From Nitrososphaerota archaeon (GTDB taxonomy: Archaea; Thermoproteota; Nitrososphaeria_A; Caldarchaeales; Caldarchaeaceae), in the NCBI GenBank assembly GCA_041641305.1, contig JBEPYN010000001.1, positions 192,001-256,000 of the forward strand: a DNA stretch of 64,000 nt, read 5' to 3'. Made by a program: the position numbers and the translations under genes. The notes under the pieces were generated by a model. That model was not told the DNA's origin and did not search any database. It was given only the letters and a program-made list of their open reading frames with translations. Shown here one piece after another: positions 18,044 to 28,153 of the stretch (position 1 is the stretch's first letter; the number at the start of each line of letters is the position of its first letter).

Positions 18044-20030
18044 GGCGAACCTCTTTCATAAGCTGTTCATAGCTCTCTTTAACCTCATCGACTGCGGCCT
18101 CATCCTCGAGTGTCGTCAAGTCTCCTAGGCTTCCGCCAGTTGCGACGGCTTTGAGAACACGACGCATGATTTTCCCGCTCCTTGTCTTAGGCAGCTTGGA
18201 GACAAACAAAACACTCGACGGCGAAGCTATCGCGCCATAGCTCTCTCTCACATGCTTTACCAACTGCTCAGCCATTTCCCCACTTCCTTGATAACCTGCT
18301 TTCAAAACCACGAATGCTACAGGCGTCTCTCCCTTGATTTCATCGGGGACGCCGACTACAGCGGCTTCCGCGACAGCTGCATGAGAAACGAGAGCAGACT
18401 CGAGCTCGTAGGTTCCTATCCTGTGTCCAGCAACTTTCAAGACCTCGTCAGCCCTGCCCGCAACCCAGATATATCCGTCAACGTCTTTGACAGCGTAGTC
18501 GCCGGTGAAAAACACACCATTCACCTTCTCCCAATAAACCTGCCTATATCTCTCCGGCTCATTCCACATACCAGTCGGAGGCCCGGGCATACCTGGCCAC
18601 GGCTTTCTGATCACAAGGTATCCCCTCTGACCGGGAGAGGCTGCCGCGCCTTTCTCGTCAACAACTTCTGCATCTATTCCTGGGATGGGTAAGCCATTTG
18701 TACCGGGTTTAAGCGGAGTGAGCATCAGCCCAGGCAAATGGCTTATCAATATTCCACCCGTCTCGGTCATCCACCATGTCGAGCCAACGGGGCATCTCTT
18801 CTCCCCCACCACTTCGTAAAGCCATCGCCATGCAGAGGGGTTTATCGGCTCGCCGACGCTATGAATTATCCTTAGGCTGGAGCGGTCGTGTTTCTGTACA
18901 GGCTCGTTTCCGAAGCGCATGAGCATCCTCACCGCCGTCGGCGTCGTGTAGAAAACCGTCACACCGTTTCTCTCTATGATTTGCCACCATCTCTCGACCG
19001 TGGGATAATCCGGTGTCCCCTCATACATCACGACGGTGGCGCCTGCCAGCAAGGGGCCGAAAACTATGTAGCTGTGCCCAGTCACCCAGCCTATGTCAGC
19101 CGTGCAGAAGTAGACGTCCTCGTCCCTGATGTCAAAAACCCATTTCATCGTCGCGCTGAGTAGAACCGCGTAGCCTCCTGTATCATGGATCAATCCTTTT
19201 GGCTTACCCGTCGTTCCCGAGGTGTATAACACGTAGAGCGGATGAGTCGCGTCGAGAGGCTCAGGCTCGACGCATGCGTTTTCGGGAACCGTTTTCAACA
19301 GGTCATGAAGCCAAGAATCACGCCCCTCCTTCATCGAGACCTCGTTTCCAGCCCGCCTCACAACCACAACCCTCTCCACACCGCTTAACTCGACAGCCTT
19401 ATCCGCCACATCCTTCAAGTTAATTAGACGACCTCTTCTGTAGAACCCGTCGGCAGTAACCAAAACCTTTGCACCGAGATCCTGAGCACGTAAAGCAAGG
19501 TTCTCTGCAGAGAAACCGCTGAACACCACAGTAAATATCACGCCTATACGTGCGAGGGCAAGCATGGTCATCGGAAGCTCCGGGATCATCGGAAGATAGA
19601 TGGCTACTCTGTCACCCTTTCTGAGCCCGAGGCTGAGAAACACCTGCGCAAGCCTGTTAACCTCTCGATAGAGCTCGTAGTAGGTGTACTTGCGTATACT
19701 CAGCGGCCTCCCGTCGGCGTCAACAGGCTCACCTTCCCAGATATATGCCACCTTGTTCCTCCTCCAGCTTTTCGCATGTCTGTCGAGACAGAGGTAGGAG
19801 ATGTTAAGCAAGCCCCCCACAAACCATTTGAAGACAAACGGATGTTCACCGGGCTCGAGAACACGCTCCCACGGCCTAAACCACTCAAGACCCTTTGCCT
19901 CCTTCTCCCAAAAACCAACCTGGTCCTCCACAGTTGCGCGCCAAAACCGCTTATACGTCTCGATGTCAACGCTCCTCTGCCGCCAATTCGGCAAAACTAT
20001 GTATTCTTCAAATGGCAAAGCCTCCGACAA
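18033..20030 (-). CDS. acs: AMP-forming acetyl-CoA synthetase
   Basis: YTSGTTGKPKG, ADIGWVTGHSY, TWWMTETG, LPKTRSGKIMRR. Confidence 0.95.
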   Translation of the reverse strand: MSEALPFEEYIVLPNWRQRSVDIETYKRFWRATVEDQVGFWEKEAKGLEWFRPWERVLEPGEHPFVFKWFVGGLLNISYLCLDRHAKSWRRNKVAYIWEGEPVDADGRPLSIRKYTYYELYREVNRLAQVFLSLGLRKGDRVAIYLPMIPELPMTMLALARIGVIFTVVFSGFSAENLALRAQDLGAKVLVTADGFYRRGRLINLKDVADKAVELSGVERVVVVRRAGNEVSMKEGRDSWLHDLLKTVPENACVEPEPLDATHPLYVLYTSGTTGKPKGLIHDTGGYAVLLSATMKWVFDIRDEDVYFCTADIGWVTGHSYIVFGPLLAGATVVMYEGTPDYPTVERWWQIIERNGVTVFYTTPTAVRMLMRFGNEPVQKHDRSSLRIIHSVGEPINPSAWRWLYEVVGEKRCPVGSTWWMTETGGILISHLPGLMLTPLKPGTNGLPIPGIDAEVVDEKGAAASPGQRGYLVIRKPWPGMPGPPTGMWNEPERYRQVYWEKVNGVFFTGDYAVKDVDGYIWVAGRADEVLKVAGHRIGTYELESALVSHAAVAEAAVVGVPDEIKGETPVAFVVLKAGYQGSGEMAEQLVKHVRESYGAIASPSSVLFVSKLPKTRSGKIMRRVLKAVATGGSLGDLTTLEDEAAVDEVKESYEQLMKEVRRGG

Positions 20031-20127
20031 ACACTCTCGAGAAAAACGAAGCCGAAAAGTGATTTAAGCTTTTTTAAACAGGCGAAAAAATATAGGGTGG
20101 ACAAAAGTTTAGAAATGATGTAGTGTC

Positions 20128-20868
20128 ATGAATAGGATGTTTGAGTTTGTGGATAGTGTTGTCTCGGTTGGAAAGCCTTTGCTGGTGGGTTTTCCTGACA
20201 CGGGTTTGGCTGGGTCAATAGCCGTTTCTTACCTGGTGGAGCAGCTGAGGCCCGATGAGAAAGGATACGTTGACTCCGCGGAGCTTCCGCCAATCGTGCC
20301 CGTCAGAAGAGGGGTCCCCAAGGAGCTTATCCGAATATATGAATCTAGCAATTTTCTCACGATTCTCTCGGAGCTCCCTATTCCGCCGATGTTGATTAGG
20401 AATTTTTCTGAGGCTTTGATTGACTGGGCTGTGGAGAAGAAAGTTAGCTGGGTGGGCTGTTTGACTGGTGTGGCTGAGCCGAGACGTCTTGAGATTGATA
20501 CTCCTAAGGTGTTTGTTTTATCTGCTGAGCTGAGGAGAGCTGAGGAGCTGTCAAAGTTTCTCGACGCAGAGGTTTTTCAGGAAGGTTTTATCACGGGTGT
20601 ACATGCCGAGATACTTAGGCAGGGCATGAGAAGAAATTTAGAGGTAAACGTTTTGCTTGCCCAGGCCCATCTCAACTATCCTGACCCGGGTGCAGCGGCG
20701 CAGCTTCTCACACGGCTGCCCAAGCTCGTAAACGAGCATGTTGATGTTAAACCGCTTCTCGAGAGCGAGGAAAACATTAGAATACAGCTGCGTGACTTGA
20801 TGAGAAGGACCTCGGAGGCCATGGTCCAGAAATCCCGTGAAATGGAGCTGCCACCCGTTTACAGGTGA
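20128..20868 (+). CDS. PAC2-family proteasome assembly chaperone
   Basis: VGFPDTGLAG, YPDPGAAA, C-terminal VYR resembling an HbYX motif. Confidence 0.88.
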   Translation: MNRMFEFVDSVVSVGKPLLVGFPDTGLAGSIAVSYLVEQLRPDEKGYVDSAELPPIVPVRRGVPKELIRIYESSNFLTILSELPIPPMLIRNFSEALIDWAVEKKVSWVGCLTGVAEPRRLEIDTPKVFVLSAELRRAEELSKFLDAEVFQEGFITGVHAEILRQGMRRNLEVNVLLAQAHLNYPDPGAAAQLLTRLPKLVNEHVDVKPLLESEENIRIQLRDLMRRTSEAMVQKSREMELPPVYR

Positions 20869-20875
20869 GAAAAAG

Positions 20876-21277
20876 ATGTCCGAGTCTCCTTGGGACTGGT
20901 TTAGAAGAATTCAGCGCAGAATGGAGGATGAGATGGAGCGAACCATGAGGATGATAAAGGAGGCTGAGATGAGAACAGGATGCCTAATGCCTCTTCACCA
21001 AATAGTTGACACAGAAAATGAATACGTCATAACAATCGACATGCCCGGAGCGGACAAGGAGAAAATAGACCTCTACGCCGACGAGAACCGCCTAACAATA
21101 GAAGCACCATGCAGACAAGACATCCCATCAGCACGATACGGAAACCGATACAGACTCATGATAGAGCTCCCAACAACCGTCGACATCTCAAACATCAAGG
21201 CCAGATACCTCCAAGGAGTACTCGAAGTCAGAATCCCGAAGAAAAAAACACGAGGCACAAAAATAAAGGTCGAGTAG
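20876..21277 (+). CDS. Hsp20 small heat-shock protein
   Basis: IDMPGADKEKI, IELP, KARYLQGVLEVRIPK; ATG 20876 preceded by GGTGA. Confidence 0.9.
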   Translation: MSESPWDWFRRIQRRMEDEMERTMRMIKEAEMRTGCLMPLHQIVDTENEYVITIDMPGADKEKIDLYADENRLTIEAPCRQDIPSARYGNRYRLMIELPTTVDISNIKARYLQGVLEVRIPKKKTRGTKIKVE

Positions 21278-21353
21278 AGCCGACCATCTGAAAAGTCGTC
21301 GCTATGTGACTGACAGGGATAGAAATAAGAATCGCCTTTTTGTTCTATGGTTT

Positions 21354-21649
21354 GGGTGAGCGGCCGGGCGGGTCACCGGGAGCTCCGGAGGAAGTTCCTC
21401 CCCCGCGGGAGGCGCCGCGGCGCCGCGAGGCGCAGGGGGAGACCCCTGGCAACGCCGCAGAAACGAGACCTCCACCACGCAGTGGCCATGACTCGGCGCA
21501 TAAGCCGATGAGGAGCGTGGTGGATTGGTTGAAACGGGCGACCCACGGCGGGAAAGGCCGCTGGGCTGTGAGCAGCCTCCCCGAAGCCCGGCGGAAGCCG
21601 ATGAGACAAATCCCGCTTAAACAGAAGGAGGACTACGAGCCGCACACCC
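21354..21649 (+). ncRNA. rnpB: RNase P RNA
   Basis: P1 GGGTGAGCGGC/GCCGCACACCC, GAGGAAGTTCCTCC and ACAGAAGGAGGACTAC P4 halves, GCAGAAAC and TTGAAAC conserved regions, GC-rich stems. Confidence 0.92.
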
Positions 21650-21951
21650 CACATCTTGGCGGGAAGCCTACGTGTAAAATCTGTATGGGCATGTATTGTG
21701 GTTTGTCTCCGTTGTTATCGCTCACATAGATAGTTCTGCAGAGAGGGGTGCAGATAACAAGTAGGTATTTGGATGGTGGGAGAAATATGTTGGCATTAGC
21801 TGTTTCGTCTTATGCTTCTGTAGGATTTCTTGCTATAATTGAGAGCAATTTAGCTTGTCCATTGGGAGTGACGCTGAGATGATTAAACCGTTTCCATAAA
21901 ATTATGAAGCCGTATTACTTAACGCTCTCCTCTTCAGAGTCAACTCTTTTT

Positions 21952-22785
21952 CTAACCCTGTTTTATCAGTAGTGTTGAGCCGCATAGTCCGCAGAGGTAG
22001 CGGTCTTTTCTCAGCTTTTTGGCGTATGAGAATGGGGCGTCGCATACGGGGCATCGTAGGCCGGTTTCTCCGGCGAGGACGGCTCCACATTCGCTGCATA
22101 TCTTCGCCGTCAGCGGGTTGGCTGTTCTGCATTTGGGGCAGGTTTTTTGGCTGCCTTCTCTGAGAGGCTCGAGCTTGATGAGGGGCTGCGCAGGCCTCTG
22201 GATGGACGAGGTTTTGACCGGTGGCGGGAGCTGTGGAAACGTTTCAAGAGTCCTGTAGTGGGTTGCGCTGATTTTGCCTGAGGCTATCGCGGCTGCCAAA
22301 GCAGAAACAATTAGCACGCCCGCGCCCAGATAGAGAAATCCGCCTATTTCCTCGGGAAAACTCTGAAGAGACCCCGGCAAAACCGTGAACGCCACGTAGT
22401 CTATCGAGGCGACGCCCAAGATGTTGACCGATGCGGCGTGGAATGTTTTTACGCCGAGGTTTCTGGCGGCCGAGTTGTAGAGATAGAGCTCCGCGACCGA
22501 GTAGAGAGTCCATGTAAGTGCCGCGATTTGTAGGGCTTCACGGGGCATTGTCTCGATAAAAGTCAGCAGGACAACCAGAAACGTGGCAAACCCCAGCAAA
22601 AAGATAACAACAAAGGAGGCTGAGCCTATCCCCGTTCTTCGTCTAACTTCCCGCCAGCCCAACCCACGCAAAACAATCGAAAACGGGTATGTCAACATCG
22701 TTGGAAATAGAAGGTAGATGGCGAGCGGTGTCAGCGAAAGGCAGTTGAAAGCCGACAATACGTAGCCGATTGCCAGCTTCTTCAA
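21952..22785 (-). CDS. Membrane protein with C-terminal zinc ribbons
   Basis: About 5 TM segments, Pro-rich linker, CPKC/CSEC/CPVC/CGLC. Confidence 0.8.
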   Translation of the reverse strand: MKKLAIGYVLSAFNCLSLTPLAIYLLFPTMLTYPFSIVLRGLGWREVRRRTGIGSASFVVIFLLGFATFLVVLLTFIETMPREALQIAALTWTLYSVAELYLYNSAARNLGVKTFHAASVNILGVASIDYVAFTVLPGSLQSFPEEIGGFLYLGAGVLIVSALAAAIASGKISATHYRTLETFPQLPPPVKTSSIQRPAQPLIKLEPLREGSQKTCPKCRTANPLTAKICSECGAVLAGETGLRCPVCDAPFSYAKKLRKDRYLCGLCGSTLLIKQG

Positions 22786-22819
22786 CGGTTTTACTCATTT
22801 TTGGTGGTTGAAATCTTTT

Positions 22820-23791
22820 TCAGATCCCGAGTAGCCTAGGTATTGTCTGAATAATCTCCATGGCTCCTGGCTGTATTTGGGCGCTTAGAACGGAGAGTCT
22901 ATCCACCTCCTCCCTCGTGAGCTGTATATTGCCCGCGGCCGCGTTGCTGAGGGCCTGCTCCCTGTTCTTGGCACCGGCTATGGCTACACAGCCCTCGTGT
23001 GCAAAGACCCACGCCAAAGCCACCTGCCCAACCGATACACCATACTTCTCCGCCAAAACCCGTAGCTCCGTCAACAAAGGCCCTATCCTCCCCAAATATC
23101 GCCGTGTAAAGAGTGGGTTAACTCTCCTTATGAAGTCTTTTGGAGGGTTGGTTGATGTGTATTTTCCTGTTAGAAGTCCCTGCGCAAGCGGGCTGTAGGC
23201 GAGAATGTTAATTTTTTCGCGGCTGCAGTATGGGATAAGGTCTTTCTCTATTTTTCGCTGGATTAGATTGTAGCGGACTTGGTTGGAGACGATGTCCTCG
23301 CTTTTGAGTGCTTGGCGTGCTTTGATGAGTTGACCGAGCGAGAAGTTGCTTACGCCGATGTAGCGGATTTTGCCGGTTTTGACGAGATGCTCCATAGCCC
23401 GCATCGTCTGAGTGATTGGGATGAGCGGGTTTGGAAGGTGGATTTGGTAGAGGTCGATGGTTTTGACGCCAAGCCTGTTGAGGCTTCTCTCACACGCTTC
23501 GATGACGCCGTTGTAGGTGAGATGATGAGGCGCAACCTTCGTAGCAATCAAAACCCTGTCCCCCAGCTCCTTAACCGCTTTTCCCACAATAATTTCCGAA
23601 ACCCCACCACCATACACCTCGGCCGTGTCTATCACGTTGACACCGGCCTCCACAGATGCGTAAACAGCCTCCAAACACTCCCTCTCACCATAGCTCTTGC
23701 CGTAGCCCCACGACCCTGAGCCGAACTGCCAAGCACCCAGCCAAACCACCGAAACCTTCTCACCCGTTCGGCCGAGCTCCGTGTAGAGCAT
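22820..23791 (-). CDS. Aldo/keto reductase
   Basis: DTAEVYG, IATKV, IDLYQIH, IGVSNF, AYSPLAQGLLTGK; ATG 23791. Confidence 0.93.
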   Translation of the reverse strand: MLYTELGRTGEKVSVVWLGAWQFGSGSWGYGKSYGERECLEAVYASVEAGVNVIDTAEVYGGGVSEIIVGKAVKELGDRVLIATKVAPHHLTYNGVIEACERSLNRLGVKTIDLYQIHLPNPLIPITQTMRAMEHLVKTGKIRYIGVSNFSLGQLIKARQALKSEDIVSNQVRYNLIQRKIEKDLIPYCSREKINILAYSPLAQGLLTGKYTSTNPPKDFIRRVNPLFTRRYLGRIGPLLTELRVLAEKYGVSVGQVALAWVFAHEGCVAIAGAKNREQALSNAAAGNIQLTREEVDRLSVLSAQIQPGAMEIIQTIPRLLGI

Positions 23792-23848
23792 AACAAACCA
23801 ACCCCTATCAGCAATATTAATTTCGGCTTGGCACCAGAACATGCTGGG

Positions 23849-25621
23849 ATGAGGATCGCTGAGATTGACCTTTCGGGGAAGAGTGTTGTGGTCCATGAGT
23901 TTCCTGATTTGTTTGAGGAGGGTGTGTGGGGTGGGAGATGTCTCGGCGTGGGGTTGATCGCACGGAACGCTTCTGTTAACGACGCACTCGACCCCGATAG
24001 CCCGCTTGTTGTGGCTGTCGGAAGCCTCGGCGGGACAGGCTTCCCACTCGGAAACCGTTTAACCCTCGTTTTCAGGTCTCCTCTGACAGGGACGATAGCG
24101 TGGGCCCACACAGGTGGATACGCGGCCTACACACTCGCAGCACTCGGCTTCTCAGCACTCTACATCACAGGCAGTCTCGACAAGCTTTCAGCCATGGTTT
24201 TGACCGATGATGGGATATCTTTTGTGGATGTTGAGGGGCTGCGCGGCCGCGGTGCTGTTGAGACTTGCGCGGCTATGCGGCTTCTGGCTGGTGATGCCCG
24301 TGTCCTCGCAATAGGTCCCGCAGGCGAGAAACAGCTACCCATAGCAACCGTTGTAAACGACATGGGCCGGAGCAGCGGCGTCAGACACGGTGCAGGATCT
24401 GTGTTCGGCTCGAAAAACCTCAAAGCCATAGTCATGCGGACCAAAAAACCCGCCCCCCTTCCGCGTAACCCGACACGTCACGCTCAGCTGATTAGGATGC
24501 TCAAGGCCAAACTCGACGCATCTCCTCTGCTCAACCTCGAGAAAGGATTGCTCGCCGTCCACGGGACCGCGGTGGCAGCTGAGGCCCTCGGCTCAAACGA
24601 AGTCATCCCACTCAAAAACTATACCCAGACAACCAGCGAAAAGTATCTATTGGTCGGCGGAAGGAGGCTGAGCGAAACCGTTCTAGTGAGAAGGATGACA
24701 TGCAGCTTTTGCCCTGTCTCTTGCAGGCGCGAAACCGTCGCATATGGTGTGAGGGGCGAGGGCCCCGACTATGCCCAGATATCATCGCTGGGGACAAACT
24801 GCATGGTATTCGACCTCGCTCAAATCTCCTACATGACGCAGCTCTGTTACGAGATGGGCGTCGACCCGATTGAGATGGGCAACAGCCTCGCGGTATATGC
24901 TGACCTCTCAGAGAAAAAGCTGGTCGGAAAAAGGCTGGAGTGGGGGGACTTCGAGACCATGTCCAGGTTCATCTACGAAGCGGGTTACGGAGGAGTGGTA
25001 GGAGAAATTCTTGGGAAAGGCGCCGCCTATACCGCACGATATCATGGAGCGGAGGAGCTGGCCCCCTCTGTGAAGAACATCAGCATCCAGAACGCTGACC
25101 CCAGAGCCGAGAAGGCATGGGGGGTGATAAACGCGGTCGAAAACTTCGGCGCAGGCTGCCACATCTGGGTATATCCCAACCTCGTCCAAAGCTTCAGACA
25201 ATACAATATACCAACCATCTTCGACAACGATGCATCAGAGGAGATCATAGCAAACCGCATCTACCGGAAACAGGCCGAGGTCGCGGCTCTCGACTCACTG
25301 GGTGTCTGCGCTTTTTCACGCCTCGTCTTCGACATCAGAGATTATCTTGACGGCCTCGAAACCGTATATGGACAGGATGTTGCAGACGTTTTTCTCGATG
25401 TGGGTGAATATGTTCTGCGGGTTGAGCGTTATCTAAACAATTTGTATGGGTTTGGTGATGCGGATGATAGGTTGCCGAGAAAGTTTACTGAGGAGCCTCT
25501 TCCATCGGGCAGGCACCGCGGCGAGGTATGCGATGTAGAAGAAATCCTTAGACACTACCGTCGAGTAAGGGCGTCGACCGATGTCTCCGGGTTTATCAAC
25601 AAGTTTCCTAAGCTAGGTTGA
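23849..25621 (+). CDS. Aldehyde:ferredoxin oxidoreductase (tungsten, AOR/WOR family)
   Basis: SPLTG, IGPAGE, GSKNLKAI, CSFCPVSC, DSLGVC, DDRLPRKF; ATG 23849. Confidence 0.9.
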   Translation: MRIAEIDLSGKSVVVHEFPDLFEEGVWGGRCLGVGLIARNASVNDALDPDSPLVVAVGSLGGTGFPLGNRLTLVFRSPLTGTIAWAHTGGYAAYTLAALGFSALYITGSLDKLSAMVLTDDGISFVDVEGLRGRGAVETCAAMRLLAGDARVLAIGPAGEKQLPIATVVNDMGRSSGVRHGAGSVFGSKNLKAIVMRTKKPAPLPRNPTRHAQLIRMLKAKLDASPLLNLEKGLLAVHGTAVAAEALGSNEVIPLKNYTQTTSEKYLLVGGRRLSETVLVRRMTCSFCPVSCRRETVAYGVRGEGPDYAQISSLGTNCMVFDLAQISYMTQLCYEMGVDPIEMGNSLAVYADLSEKKLVGKRLEWGDFETMSRFIYEAGYGGVVGEILGKGAAYTARYHGAEELAPSVKNISIQNADPRAEKAWGVINAVENFGAGCHIWVYPNLVQSFRQYNIPTIFDNDASEEIIANRIYRKQAEVAALDSLGVCAFSRLVFDIRDYLDGLETVYGQDVADVFLDVGEYVLRVERYLNNLYGFGDADDRLPRKFTEEPLPSGRHRGEVCDVEEILRHYRRVRASTDVSGFINKFPKLG

Positions 25622-26065
25622 GCGGATGAAGAGGCTGAGGAGTTTGACGCCGAAGTCGAGTATGTCTCTCGAGGAGAGGACGCCGAGAGGCCTTCCCTCA
25701 TTATCAATCACGGGAATGTGGCGGATGTTGAAGTCCTTCATCTTTTCGAGAACAGATGCCACGTCTTCGTCGGCCGAGGCTGTTACGAGGTTTTTTGACA
25801 TGAGAGACTTTGCTTTGAGGTTTTTGCCAAGTAACAGGTGGGATGCTGCGTAAAGAATGTCCCGTTCCGTGATTATGCCCACAAGTTTACCATCATTGTC
25901 CAAAACAAGTATGCTTCCAACACCGTTGTCCCACATGGTTTTCGCAGCCTCCTCAACAGTGGCATCCTCCGAAACAACCACTGGGGGATAAGACATCAGG
26001 TCAGAGGCCTTAACAGGCGAATACCTAATAGACCGCTTAAACACAGGCACAACAAAAACATGCAC
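25613..26065 (-). CDS. CBS-pair protein
   Basis: VGIITERD, IRHIPVID..GVLSSRD; exact start uncertain. Confidence 0.88.
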   Translation of the reverse strand: MHVFVVPVFKRSIRYSPVKASDLMSYPPVVVSEDATVEEAAKTMWDNGVGSILVLDNDGKLVGIITERDILYAASHLLLGKNLKAKSLMSKNLVTASADEDVASVLEKMKDFNIRHIPVIDNEGRPLGVLSSRDILDFGVKLLSLFIRST

Positions 26066-26136
26066 AACCCGTGATTAAATCTTTTGCGAAAAGTAAAGGT
26101 TAATCAAACACCTCGACAGCAATTGGTATGCCGGAG

Positions 26137-26211
26137 GCTCCGGTAGTATAGTCCGGTCAAGTATACCGGCCTTTCGAGCCGGTGACCCGGGTTCAAATCC
26201 CGGCCGGAGCA
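26137..26211 (+). tRNA. tRNA-Glu(TTC)
   Basis: GCTCCGG/CCGGAGC acceptor, CCGGC-CTTTCGA-GCCGG anticodon arm, GTTCAAATC. Confidence 0.96.
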
Positions 26212-26223
26212 TCACAAACACGG

Positions 26224-26904
26224 TCAGGCACTGGCCAAGTATTGTTTGACGAATGTGCCACCGCAGAATTTGGTGACTTGTTTGACAAGGTTCTCACCAG
26301 TGGATTGAAGATAGTCCACATCTATTCCCGGCACTCCACAAACCATCAAGAAAACGTGGCGTGTTTCGAGAGTCACCTTCGTTGCGTCGGCATCCCTGTA
26401 GGGATAAATTGCGATAAGCTTTTCATCATCCCTCACCACAACCTCTTTCCCTGTCAATTCAGCAGGTTTATCCATCCCTATACCGAGGAAAAACTCCCCA
26501 TTTCTGGATAAATCCATAACAAGTTCTCCCCTTAGTTTATCGGCGTCGAACGCGGCTATGGGGAGAAGAGACTGCATCGAGACGACGTTGTAGACATCAA
26601 CTAAGGTGTTGACCCTTGGAAAATCTCGGCCAGCCAAAACTCTTCTGAGCAGGGCCTCAGCCGAAGGTCTTGTCTTGGTAGGGTCTATGCCTATTCGCCA
26701 GAAAAAATCTCTGTAGGCCCTGATGAGCGGGTTCTGGACAAGCCTCTCCAAAACATGTTCCTTCTTTACAGCTTCCACAGCAGCGGAAATGTAGCTGATT
26801 AACTCAGGTTTTTCCCCACCGGTCTCCACCCCGACAAGCTCAGCACAATATACGCCGAGACCCGCGAATCTCTCACTAACGGCCTTAGAGAAAATGAGCT
26901 TCAT
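26224..26904 (-). CDS. Stand-alone B3/B4 (PheRS-beta-like) domain protein
   Basis: AYRDFFWRIGIDPTKTRPSAEALLRR, NTLVDVYN, YRDADATKVT. Confidence 0.9.
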   Translation of the reverse strand: MKLIFSKAVSERFAGLGVYCAELVGVETGGEKPELISYISAAVEAVKKEHVLERLVQNPLIRAYRDFFWRIGIDPTKTRPSAEALLRRVLAGRDFPRVNTLVDVYNVVSMQSLLPIAAFDADKLRGELVMDLSRNGEFFLGIGMDKPAELTGKEVVVRDDEKLIAIYPYRDADATKVTLETRHVFLMVCGVPGIDVDYLQSTGENLVKQVTKFCGGTFVKQYLASA

Positions 26905-26937
26905 CAGAGAAAAAAGTGTGTTGTTATTGAAAAATTT

Positions 26938-27363
26938 TTACGGCGGGTTGATTTTGATGGCTTTCGTCGGGCAGGAGGCTTCGCAAGCCATGCAGAATAT
27001 GCAGTCGGCCTCTCTTATTGGCTCGGATTTATCCGTCCGATATTTTTCATACAGCTCGCCCTCCAGCGGATAGAGGTCGTTGCCTGTCCCCGATCTTCCC
27101 GGGTTCAAGGCCCACTCGAATACGTTGACTGGGCAAACGTCCATACATATTCCGTCCGCTATGCAAGCCTCCCAATCAACGGCGACAATCTTCCCATGTA
27201 TTCCAAGCTTCGTCGGATATGGGTTGCCGTTGGCATCTAGGCGCTGAATACCCTCGGCCCTTACCTCGTGTCCGTTATGCGTACCAGTCACAGGATACTC
27301 GTCGGGCTTCTTTAGAAAGTCGGGGTCAATTGGCTTGGGCGCATAATCGACTTGTCTGACCAA
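26938..27363 (-). CDS. Zinc-containing dicluster ferredoxin (Zfx type)
   Basis: PIDPDF...THNGH...LGIHG Zn-binding extension, CIADGICMDVCP and CIFCMACEASCP; TTG 27363 (the ORF-track extension overlaps tRNA-Ile). Confidence 0.9.
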   Translation of the reverse strand: MVRQVDYAPKPIDPDFLKKPDEYPVTGTHNGHEVRAEGIQRLDANGNPYPTKLGIHGKIVAVDWEACIADGICMDVCPVNVFEWALNPGRSGTGNDLYPLEGELYEKYRTDKSEPIREADCIFCMACEASCPTKAIKINPP

Positions 27364-27476
27364 TTTCTCTCGGATTAAGAGCAAGTGTCCACAATATAAC
27401 GGTAACCACTTAACACCCGTTGTAAACCACTCACACACAACAAATATAAATAAACAAAGCCATCCGAGTAATCGCT

Positions 27477-27551
27477 GGGCCGGTAGCTCAGCATGGTCAG
27501 AGCGTTCGGCTGATAACCGAAAGGTCGGGAGTTCGAATCTCCCCCGGCCCA
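27477..27551 (+). tRNA. tRNA-Ile(GAT)
   Basis: GGGCCGG/CCGGCCC acceptor, TTCGG-CTGATAA-CCGAA, GTTCGAATC; TATA-like AAATATAAA upstream. Confidence 0.96.
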
Positions 27552-27629
27552 CTCAGGTATAACGACGGTAGTGTGTTTGCCGCGAACGCTTATATTAGCC
27601 GGCCCAGTCAGATGACTAGGTGGGTAATC

Positions 27630-28115
27630 ATGTCGAGCTATGCGGAGAGGCTTAAGAAAGCGCAGTCGTTCGAAGATGTCTACAGGCTGGTTAAGCAGCT
27701 TGTGGTGGAGCGGTATGGGTTGAGAAGAGGAGGAATGGGGCTGATTCTAGCAGACCTCCCGCCTCACATAGCGGCTTATCATGAGATAGGCTCAAACGCC
27801 ATCGTCGTCAACCAAACCATGCTAAACGCCGTCTACACCGCGACCAAATCACGGACCATAGTCAACAGCTACTTGTTCGTCGTTCTCCTACACGAATATC
27901 TTCATGCTCTGGGCTTTGACGAGAAACAGACAAGGGAGCTTGTGAGAGATGCTGTGTCTTCCGTCCTGCCCTTCGACCACATAGCAACGAAAATAGCCTT
28001 AACATCGATATACGACGCTCTCCCCGAACTAAGAAATATAGTTGTTCAGCCAAACTCATCCAAACCGGTTTTGGTGAAGGATTTTGACACCGACAACCTA
28101 ACGTATATAGGGTGA
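27630..28115 (+). CDS. Small HExxH zincin-like protein
   Basis: VLLHEYLHALG; ATG 27630 preceded by GGTGG. Confidence 0.75.
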   Translation: MSSYAERLKKAQSFEDVYRLVKQLVVERYGLRRGGMGLILADLPPHIAAYHEIGSNAIVVNQTMLNAVYTATKSRTIVNSYLFVVLLHEYLHALGFDEKQTRELVRDAVSSVLPFDHIATKIALTSIYDALPELRNIVVQPNSSKPVLVKDFDTDNLTYIG

Positions 28116-28153
28116 TAAAAATATAAACATCTTTCCTATAACCGATCGGGCGC

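Noticed and set aside
21340-21729. ORFs 21340-21729 (+) and 21373-21654 (-)
   Set aside because: They are read-throughs of the GC-rich RNase P RNA gene.
27364-27552. N-terminal extension of the ferredoxin ORF
   Set aside because: Antisense to tRNA-Ile and its promoter; ferredoxin-like sequence begins near TTG 27363.
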